Assembly (NCBI GenBank): GCA_036522875.1
Contig: DATDEZ010000047.1
Span: 51,988 to 115,987 of the forward strand
Origin: Gemmatimonadales bacterium
Lineage (GTDB): Bacteria > Gemmatimonadota > Gemmatimonadetes > Gemmatimonadales > GWC2-71-9
Direction: 5' to 3'
Length of the DNA: 64,000 nucleotides
In this document: positions 23,013 to 29,524 of the stretch, piece after piece
Numbering within the stretch: position 1 is the stretch's first letter
How the letters are laid out: every line of letters begins with the position of its first letter
Notes under the pieces: model-generated
What the model was told of the DNA's origin: nothing
The model's database searches: none
The model's input: only the letters and a program-made list of their open reading frames with translations
Made by a program: the position numbers and the translations under genes

Positions 23013-23768
23013 TTGGACCTCAAAGAGTTGGTTACTCAAGTCCCTGGATTCTCAGGTTGGGACCACCCGGACAAGATCAAGTTGTTCGGGTGGTTTTTGC
23101 ATGTTTACCGAGGTCGCGAGTTTTTCACTGCCAAAGAGATTCGAGAGTGCTACGATCAGCTAAGCTACACTGCCCCCCGGCTGAACCGTGATCTGGAGCG
23201 TCTCCTTGACCGACGACCGCGTGAACTTCTCCAGGATAGCCGGGGATTTCGGCTGCATGGAACAGTCAAGCAGGCTCTTGATGAAAAGTACGGTGAGGCG
23301 CAGACGACCATCGTGGTAAAAAAGCTGCTCGCCGAACTCCCAGCAAAGGTCCCAGGCATCGAGGAACGGGCCTTCCTGGAGGAGGTCATCCGCTGTCTCC
23401 GCGCACAGGCCTTCCGCGCGACGGTGGTGATGGCTTGGAACCTGGCTTTCGACCACCTCCTCCACTGGCTCCTCAAGGACCCAGCGAGACTCAAGACGTT
23501 CAATGATCGGATTCCGGTGAGGTACCCCAACAAGAAACCGATGCCGCTGATCGCCAAGTTCGAAGACTTCGAGGAGTTGACGGAACGGGAGGTCATCGAG
23601 GTGTGCAGCTCGGCAGGGCTGATCTCGGACGCGGTGTTCGGGATCCTGAAAGAGAAGCTCGACCGCCGGAACACCGCTGCTCATCCCTCGAAAGTCGCAG
23701 TGTTGCAGTCCAAGGCCGAGGACACGATTGAGGACCTTGTGACCAACGTCGTCCTTAAACTGACTTGA
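23013..23768 (+). CDS. Island protein C: N-terminal wHTH-like module plus C-terminal HEPN/DUF4145-like domain with an Rx4H motif
   Basis: 10 nt after B. FLEEVIRCLRAQAFRATVVMAWNLAFDHLL (opening helices of DUF4145) and AGLISDAVFGILKEKLDRRNTAAHPS (R-NTAA-H). Confidence 0.65.
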   Translation: MDLKELVTQVPGFSGWDHPDKIKLFGWFLHVYRGREFFTAKEIRECYDQLSYTAPRLNRDLERLLDRRPRELLQDSRGFRLHGTVKQALDEKYGEAQTTIVVKKLLAELPAKVPGIEERAFLEEVIRCLRAQAFRATVVMAWNLAFDHLLHWLLKDPARLKTFNDRIPVRYPNKKPMPLIAKFEDFEELTEREVIEVCSSAGLISDAVFGILKEKLDRRNTAAHPSKVAVLQSKAEDTIEDLVTNVVLKLT

Positions 23769-23801
23769 GCCTGAGAGACCCGGAGCCGGAGACTAACTGA
23801 A

Positions 23802-24413
23802 ATGCCATTCTCGGAACCAGTGAAGCGGGAGGCGAAGCGTCGGGCTCACTACAAGTGTGTGCTCTGTCGCCAGCCCATCTTTCTCGAAGTGCATCACATC
23901 GAGCCGGAAGCCGAAGGCGGCTCGTGCGACATCGAAAACGCCGCTCCACTGTGCCCCACCTGTCACGACTTGTGGGGGTCGCATCCAGAGAAGCGGAAGT
24001 ACCTCAGGGAGGTGCGTGATTTCTGTTGGGAGTATTCCGCGAAGATCGAGCAGCATCCATCACTCATTGCGACCAATGAACGCATCGACGAACTCCAACA
24101 GGAGTTGCGAGCGGTGTCCCAGGGCCAAACGCGCCAGATGGAAATCATGACCGAGATAAAGGCCCTGTATGTCGATCAACTCAAGAGCACAGCGGGATCG
24201 GTAAGTTCGGCGCGGACGGTAGAGGAACTGATGATCGCGTCCGGGTCCGCAGTAGCGACTCCGGGGACCGGCTCATTGATCTTCACCGGCCATGCGCCTA
24301 CGGTGTCCGTGACCCACGAGTGCAGCCAGTGTGGATTTCATTACGACATGGACCAGAACGCGAAGTGCCCGAAGTGCGGCTACTGGATTGGAGGTCCCGG
24401 TCGGAGTGCCTAA
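23802..24413 (+). CDS. Island protein D: HNH endonuclease, coiled coil, C-terminal zinc ribbon
   Basis: HYKCVLCRQP...EVHHIEP...NAAPLCPTCH (CxxC...HH...N...CxxCH HNH core). Heptad-like IDELQQELRAVSQGQTRQMEIMTEIKALYVDQL. CSQCG...CPKCG ribbon. Confidence 0.75.
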   Translation: MPFSEPVKREAKRRAHYKCVLCRQPIFLEVHHIEPEAEGGSCDIENAAPLCPTCHDLWGSHPEKRKYLREVRDFCWEYSAKIEQHPSLIATNERIDELQQELRAVSQGQTRQMEIMTEIKALYVDQLKSTAGSVSSARTVEELMIASGSAVATPGTGSLIFTGHAPTVSVTHECSQCGFHYDMDQNAKCPKCGYWIGGPGRSA

Positions 24414-24427
24414 ACCTTCCCTCCCTC

Positions 24428-24454
24428 AAACTTCGTACGTAGTACGAAGTTTTT
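24428..24454. terminator. Bidirectional hairpin terminator between convergent island genes
   Basis: Perfect 11-bp stem AAACTTCGTAC/GTACGAAGTTT with a 3-nt loop. A T-run follows on the plus strand and an A-run precedes it, giving a T-run on the minus strand. Confidence 0.8.
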
Positions 24455-24560
24455 CAGTGGAGGAGAAGTTGTCCGTTCGTAGTTGTCGGTGTTATTGGTG
24501 AGCGGGTTCGCTCTCTCGCGCAGTATTTCAGAACTGACCGGTCGTAAGGACCGCCTAGAA

Positions 24561-25019
24561 TCAGAGCGCATCGGGGACCGCCAATTCTCTCGACAGAACC
24601 ATCTCGCTTCGGTGGTGCATGTATCGCTGAAAGTGCCCCTTGAACATTCGAGCAGTCGGGAGCGGTGTCCCGACTGCGAACACATCTTCAGGGAAACCAT
24701 ACGCGATAAAATCCTCTCCCCAGGCGAAGTTCCCTCCAAAGTCCCGGAACGGTTGGACAGAAGGCGTATACTCCTCCTGGAGTACAAGAATCGCCAAGTC
24801 CACTCCTGGTTGGCGAATGAGTGTTTTCACTCCCATCACTTCTCGCCTCGTATCCATGGGCAGACCAATGGCCAATTCATGAGGTCCGAGGTTCCCGACG
24901 CAGTGGGCGGCAGTCAGATAGTGTGTTGGGTGTCGGAACGCGAAGCACGTCCCCAGGAACGCAGTGCCAACACTGGAGGGATGATGGAACAGAAGCCCGA
25001 CGCCGGAGAGAGGATTCAC
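24561..25019 (-). pseudogene. Truncated trypsin-like (S1/Trypsin_2) serine protease: His and Asp regions only
   Basis: YLTAAHCVGN (catalytic His context) and GVDLAILVL (Asp context). The ORF stops after 152 aa, before any GxSGGP serine motif. Confidence 0.55.
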
Positions 25020-25028
25020 CTATGAAAT

Positions 25029-25056
25029 AGAGCCATCCGGGGTCGAACCGGCGACC
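25029..25056 (-). repeat. Degenerate copy of the 3' end (T arm plus acceptor) of the island tRNA-Cys
   Basis: AGAGCCATCCGGGGTCGAACCGGCGACC versus GGAGCCAGCCGGGATCGAACCGGCAACC at 25591..25618. About 24 of 28-31 positions are identical by hand alignment. Confidence 0.6.
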
Positions 25057-25069
25057 GTCTAAGCCAATC

Positions 25070-25537
25070 CTACCTGCTTACGTCGAGGTATTTCCGAAAG
25101 AGCTTCCTTGCGGGCTCGAATTGCTCTGTAAGCCAATTAAGCTCCTCGTGCATCGAATCTACGACCTTCTTGTGGTCATACCCGTCAGGCTTGGCCTGGG
25201 TGTAGTCGCGGTATTCGTTAGTCCAACGCGATAAGGCAACCCCGTGTTTGTAGATCGTGTCGATGTACTCCGGGATTTCCGGCCCGAACAGGAAGTCTGC
25301 CTCTGAGACCGTCGTGCGAAAGCGCAGCAGGTCCTCCACGCTGATCTTGGCGTCGCGGATAATGATGCTTAGGACCTTCTTAACTTCTTCGTACACCCGC
25401 AAACGACGATCATAGCGATCGAGTACTAGTTTCTGCTGATTCGTCTTCCATTGCTGCCAAGCGATGTAGACCGCCATGACGGCAATGAGCGGAGTGAGAA
25501 CTGCCTTCGAGATTTCGGCGAGATTAGCGAGACACAT
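25070..25537 (-). CDS. Island protein F: small single-TM protein of unknown function
   Basis: Starts at MCLANLAEISKAVLTPLIAVMAVYIAW (ATG 25537). One TM, then a helical soluble domain with no recognisable motif. The longer 25070..25726 ORF runs through the tRNA and is not credible upstream of 25537. Confidence 0.5.
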   Translation of the reverse strand: MCLANLAEISKAVLTPLIAVMAVYIAWQQWKTNQQKLVLDRYDRRLRVYEEVKKVLSIIIRDAKISVEDLLRFRTTVSEADFLFGPEIPEYIDTIYKHGVALSRWTNEYRDYTQAKPDGYDHKKVVDSMHEELNWLTEQFEPARKLFRKYLDVSR

Positions 25538-25589
25538 CAGGGGAGAGAGCCTAACCCATACGATAGGTATTTCAAGACCACGGAAAGAG

Positions 25590-25662
25590 TGGAGCCAGCC
25601 GGGATCGAACCGGCAACCCCCGCGTTGCAAACGCGGTGCTCTCCCAATTGAGCTATGGCCCC
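25590..25662 (-). tRNA. Intact tRNA-Cys (anticodon GCA), carried inside the island
   Basis: Minus strand reads GGGGCCA TA GCTC AATTGGGA GAGC A CCGCG TTTGCAA CGCGG GGGT TGCCGG TTCGATC CCGGC TGGCTCC A. The cloverleaf is complete and CCA is not encoded. Confidence 0.9.
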
Positions 25663-25824
25663 CAACTACGGCGTGTCCACCCAGACCGTGCCCATGAGCT
25701 GCAACCTTTGGCGCTGCGTTGTACAACCTTCCAGAGCACTCAAAGCAAAATGTTCAGGGCACAATATCAGGGCATTAATTCTAACTACTTGAGAGGAGCA
25801 GCTTTCTACCTTGCGGCCAATCCC

Positions 25825-25831
25825 TTGCAAA
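25825..25831. repeat. Right copy of the 7-bp junction duplication TTGCAAA
   Basis: Identical to 21014..21020. Confidence 0.85.
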
Positions 25832-25862
25832 CCAGGTGCTCTCCCAACTGAGCTACCGCCCC
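25825..25862 (-). pseudogene. 5' half of the disrupted tRNA-Cys(GCA): 5' acceptor, D arm, 5' anticodon stem, anticodon loop
   Basis: Minus strand reads GGGGCGG TA GCTC AGTTGGGA GAGC A CCTGG TTTGCAA, after which the sequence (GGGATTGGCC...) no longer pairs. Confidence 0.85.
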
Positions 25863-26063
25863 TCGGCAACGAAAATAGAACGAGCGGGCGATCGCGGATA
25901 GGACGCGCCGCGGTCGGCCTAACAGTCACTTACCGGCCGATGGCTCGGAAACGAACGGCATTAACCCTCCTGTGGCGCGGCCGCCACAGCGCGCCACGAA
26001 TGGAACGATTCCGCCGCTCGGGCATACGGCTAGTAGAAGGCTATGCATTCGCAGGAGGATGAC

Positions 26064-26423
26064 ATGCATTTCCCGGACTTGAATCCCAAGGCTCACGTGA
26101 CGCTGACGAAACAGGGCGAGGCCGTCATCGGCGAGCGAGAAGCGAAATTGTTGGACGCAGTCGAGCGCGTGCGATCGATCAAAGACGCGGCGTCAGAGGC
26201 GGGGATCAGCTACCGCACGGCGTGGAGCACGATTCAGCAAATGGAGCAAGCCCTCGGCCGCCCGATGGTCGTGTCGCGCGCCGGCGGACCCGGCGGCGGC
26301 GCGACGACACTCACCGACGAGTGTCGGCGCCTGCTCGCGCTCTATCAGGAGCTGACGCGCCGCCTCGAAGAACATTTGACGCGCGCGTGGGAAACACCGG
26401 CGATCGCGGAAGCCGGCGACTAA
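26064..26423 (+). CDS. ModE N-terminal-domain-like (LysR-type HTH) regulator without a molybdate-binding domain
   Basis: AGGAGGA RBS 5 nt before ATG 26064. LLDAVERVRSIKDAASEAGISYRTAWSTIQQME matches the ModE/LysR HTH. Only 119 aa, with no Mop/TOBE domains. Confidence 0.65.
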   Translation: MHFPDLNPKAHVTLTKQGEAVIGEREAKLLDAVERVRSIKDAASEAGISYRTAWSTIQQMEQALGRPMVVSRAGGPGGGATTLTDECRRLLALYQELTRRLEEHLTRAWETPAIAEAGD

Positions 26424-26830
26424 CGCGTGATCGCGAGCGCGTAACCGCCGGGCAGCGGGCGTAACGCGAACGCCGGCGTCGCGACGCCGGTGATCGCGCC
26501 GCTGTACTGGCTCAACGCGCCGATGTCCGCGACCCCGATCGTGAGGATCGTCGCGCCGTTGTTCAGCACGCCGGTCAACGCGAAGGCCGTCGTCGTGCCG
26601 CCCAGCGGCTGCTGGAAGAGCCGCAGACCGGTGCCGGCGGTCGCGCTCGTCAGCGCCGCCGGTCCGGTGATCGTGAACACGATCGCGGAATCGGCGCCCG
26701 AGTTGGGCGAGGTCAACCGGATCTTGAACGTGCCCGGCCCAGATGCGGTCGGGCCATCACCACCGCAGCTCGCGCCGGTGCACAGGACCGCGGCGAGCAA
26801 GGTGAGCATGACGAGTCCCCGCCGATTCAT
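26420..26830 (-). CDS. Small secreted/lipoprotein-like protein coupled to the M6 protease
   Basis: Signal peptide MNRRGLVMLTLLAAVLCTGASCGG. ATGA overlap with the protease stop. No recognisable motif. Confidence 0.5.
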   Translation of the reverse strand: MNRRGLVMLTLLAAVLCTGASCGGDGPTASGPGTFKIRLTSPNSGADSAIVFTITGPAALTSATAGTGLRLFQQPLGGTTTAFALTGVLNNGATILTIGVADIGALSQYSGAITGVATPAFALRPLPGGYALAITR

Positions 26831-29385
26831 TGCCGGCCCCCTTTCCGTTGCACCGCTTGGAGTACGGCCGCGCTCAGCGGCGCGCCGGTCGCTTTGACCC
26901 AGGCGAGGAAGTCGCCGATGTCATAACTGCCGTTGTGGTTGCCCAGAAAATCGAGATAGCGCGTTTGGTCGGCGTTGAGTGGCGCGCCGGGTCCGAGCAG
27001 CTGCGTCACGACGTCGCTGGTCGCGAGCGTCGGCGTCGTCACCGAGAACGTAAATGTCCGCGACTGGCTTTGCGCGCCCGACGTCAGCTGCACCGTATAC
27101 GAGAAGTCGCCCGCCTGCTGGAGAAATCCGGAGACGACGCCGGTCGATGCATTCAGCGTCAGACCTTGCGGCAAGGCGCCGCCGGTGATGGTCCAGGTGT
27201 TCGTTCCCGTCCCACCCGCGCTCTTCAGCGTATCGAGGTAGGCAGCGCCCATGACGCCGTTGGGTCGAGCGTTGGAGGACGTCACGGTCAGCGAGCCGAA
27301 TGTCGCGGTGACGGTGTACGGCCGGCCCATCGGCAGCGTAACGGAGAGGTTCAGCGTGACCGTGTCACCGGACCAGCCGCCGAAATTCAGACCCGAGTCG
27401 GGTGTCGCCGTCAGCGTCACCGCCCTGCCCTCCGTGATGAACGTGCCGGTCGTCAGATTGATCGCCGTGTCGGCTTGAATCGTCCCGCCGCCACCGGTCG
27501 TCGCGATGAGTTTGTAGTCGTGACTCACCGTCGCGATGAGCGTATCGCCGGCCAGATGCCCGGTGATCGTGTGGCTCGCCGCGCCGCCGTCGGACCACGA
27601 CGCGAAGTTGAAGCGCCTGCGACCGTCGCCCGAGAGCTGCGGGCCCACAAACGCAATCGTGTGGCTCGAGCCTTCGTCGACGAGATCCGTGAAGGCGGTA
27701 TACGTGACCCCGTCGAACTGGATCGTGGCGAGCGGATCGCTCGCGCGCACGACCGAGAGCCCGCCGAAGCGCAGCCGAAAAGACATCGTCCGATCCGTGA
27801 CCAGTTGGCGAATGGAGTCCACGCCGAAGCCGGCGAAGGTCTGGTCCGCGTTCTTGAGCGCCGCGGGCGTCGTGCGGAACACCAGGGCGGTATTGGCGCT
27901 GGGCCCCGCGTACAGGTCGGCCGCATCGCCGCGATTGGAGCAGCCGGCGAACGACGGCACGCCGCAGAAGTTTCCGGACACGGGCTGCGCATCGAGATTG
28001 CCGAACGCGTCGGCCTGGACGACCGCGAGGCCGTGCGGCAATCCCGACTGCACGTCGTTGCTGAACAAGCCTTGCGCGATCTTCGCGGAATCGACGTGAT
28101 AGATCAGCAGCCCGCCGCCGCACCCGCCCGGGTTCCCCGACCGCGCGCAGTGAATCCGAATCATTGCGGAATCGGATTGCTGCCGCTGCCGGTTCTCCAG
28201 CAAGAAGTACTCGCCGCGGGGATTTGCGCCCTGCACGCGCACGTAGAACACGGTGTCGGACAACGGCGCGGCATCGAACGAGTAGGTGCCGGTCGTGGTC
28301 AGCGGCGCCACGGTGACCCATCCAAGCTGGCTCAGCGACCAGGCGTCCATGCGTGACGGGCTGAGCGCGGTCGTGAAGTTCCCCGAGCCCATGAGGCTCC
28401 ACTCGCCCACGCCTTCCGTGTTGCCGTCCGTCCCGTAGAGATCGGGCAACCCGAATGTGTGGCCGGTCTCGTGCGCCACGGTTCCGACCGGCATGATCTG
28501 GCTCACGTCGCACGAGGACGCGCCGCCCACGGCCGGCTGGAGGATGTAATCGTTGATTTTGACTTTTTGGCCGGGATGGAACGGATCGTTGTCTTGCGTC
28601 GTGTAGACGCCCGGGCTGGTCGCCGCCAGCGAGAAGCGGTGCGCCCAAAGGTGGTTCTGCGGCGCGCTTTGCGGCCCGCATTCACCGCCCATCGCAAAGT
28701 GCAGGAACAGCACGAACGGCACGAAGCCGGTCGAATCCGCGAATTGTGCGAAGTCCACGCTCGCGTCCAGCTTGCTCAACGCCTCGCGCAATCCGCTCTG
28801 CATCCGTTGCTCGGCGAGCCCGCTGAACAAACCGTTGCAGTTGCTCGTGTTCCCGAAAGGATTCTGCGATGCGCAGGTCGAGCTCGTGCCGCCGGTATAC
28901 CACACCTCGTTGCTGTCGAGCGTCGCAAATCCAAACGCGCCCCCCTGCACGTCGATCAGACCATTCGTCAGCTGCGTGTAGTAGGAGCGGTAGGTGTAGG
29001 GCTTGCCCGCGGGCGGCGACGTCGCGAACAGGACGGCGTTGTAGTCGGTCGCCGCGAACCCGGCGCCGGGAACGGGAGAATCCTTGAACCGGAACATGAT
29101 CGCCGGCACGTGCATCGTTCCCGAGACCGCGGCCAGCGGTGCACTCGGCGACACGGTTCCGGTGCGCAACGGCGTGTTCATCGCGTCGAACTGTCCCGCC
29201 GAGAGCATCGCCGCGCGGATCGCCCGCACGCGCTGCGCGCGGATCCGCCAGATGTTGTTCTTGCTGATGTCGAATCCGGGAATTTCCCAGCGAGGATGAA
29301 CGCGAGCCTGCGCGGCGACGGTGCGAGGAGCGACGAAAACGGCCAGGCCTGCGAGGCCCAGAAAACGAACAAATCGTGAAATCAC
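26827..29385 (-). CDS. M6 (immune inhibitor A-like) secreted metalloprotease with C-terminal Ig-like repeats
   Basis: GTG 29385 preceded by GGAGG. Signal peptide. VAHETGHTFGLPDLY HExxH-GLPD motif of family M6. C-terminal TITGGALPQGLTLNASTGVVSG cadherin-like/He_PIG repeat. Confidence 0.85.
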   Translation of the reverse strand: MISRFVRFLGLAGLAVFVAPRTVAAQARVHPRWEIPGFDISKNNIWRIRAQRVRAIRAAMLSAGQFDAMNTPLRTGTVSPSAPLAAVSGTMHVPAIMFRFKDSPVPGAGFAATDYNAVLFATSPPAGKPYTYRSYYTQLTNGLIDVQGGAFGFATLDSNEVWYTGGTSSTCASQNPFGNTSNCNGLFSGLAEQRMQSGLREALSKLDASVDFAQFADSTGFVPFVLFLHFAMGGECGPQSAPQNHLWAHRFSLAATSPGVYTTQDNDPFHPGQKVKINDYILQPAVGGASSCDVSQIMPVGTVAHETGHTFGLPDLYGTDGNTEGVGEWSLMGSGNFTTALSPSRMDAWSLSQLGWVTVAPLTTTGTYSFDAAPLSDTVFYVRVQGANPRGEYFLLENRQRQQSDSAMIRIHCARSGNPGGCGGGLLIYHVDSAKIAQGLFSNDVQSGLPHGLAVVQADAFGNLDAQPVSGNFCGVPSFAGCSNRGDAADLYAGPSANTALVFRTTPAALKNADQTFAGFGVDSIRQLVTDRTMSFRLRFGGLSVVRASDPLATIQFDGVTYTAFTDLVDEGSSHTIAFVGPQLSGDGRRRFNFASWSDGGAASHTITGHLAGDTLIATVSHDYKLIATTGGGGTIQADTAINLTTGTFITEGRAVTLTATPDSGLNFGGWSGDTVTLNLSVTLPMGRPYTVTATFGSLTVTSSNARPNGVMGAAYLDTLKSAGGTGTNTWTITGGALPQGLTLNASTGVVSGFLQQAGDFSYTVQLTSGAQSQSRTFTFSVTTPTLATSDVVTQLLGPGAPLNADQTRYLDFLGNHNGSYDIGDFLAWVKATGAPLSAAVLQAVQRKGGRQ

Positions 29386-29524
29386 TCTGCGGCCTCCGGG
29401 GAAACAGACAAGGCTTAATTCACGTACTCGCCGCAATCTAGGCTAGGGTCCACATCACAAAAAGCCTTGCCATTTGCCTCACGTAGGGCTAAGCTGTACC
29501 ACCGTTTACAACATTCGAGGCTTC

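Larger units (their letters stand above)
21021..25824. mobile_element. 4.8-kb lower-GC genomic island inserted in the tRNA-Cys anticodon loop; no recombinase gene
   Basis: Bounded by the two tRNA halves and the TTGCAAA duplication. Sampled lines are about 53-60% G+C versus about 70% in the flanks. All genes inside are accessory-type. Confidence 0.8.

Noticed and set aside
24410-24787. A 125-aa minus-strand ORF overlapping the protease remnant and the hairpin terminator.
   Set aside because: It is out of frame with the recognisable protease motifs, runs through the 24428..24452 terminator stem, and its sequence is Ser/Arg-rich with no motif.
25070-25726. A 218-aa ORF that runs through the intact tRNA-Cys.
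   Set aside because: The upstream part overlaps the tRNA gene at 25590..25662. Only the segment from ATG 25537 downstream is plausible as protein F.
25063-25824. The shared octamer GCCAATCC at 25063..25070 and 25817..25824, considered as extended att arms.
   Set aside because: It is only 8 bp, in different positions relative to the tRNA-derived sequences, and compatible with chance.
20979-25862. The split tRNA-Cys might be a group I intron-containing tRNA or a Nanoarchaeum-style trans-spliced split tRNA.
   Set aside because: The intervening 4.8 kb carries genes on both strands and another tRNA. Both halves carry a complete duplicated anticodon loop, which is a recombination or target-duplication signature. 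Introns and split tRNAs do not duplicate the loop.
25971-25990. A short inverted repeat, CTGTGGCG CGGC CGCCACAG, upstream of the modE-like gene, considered as an operator or terminator.
   Set aside because: The 8-bp GC stem has no T-tract and no second copy. That is too little evidence to call a feature.
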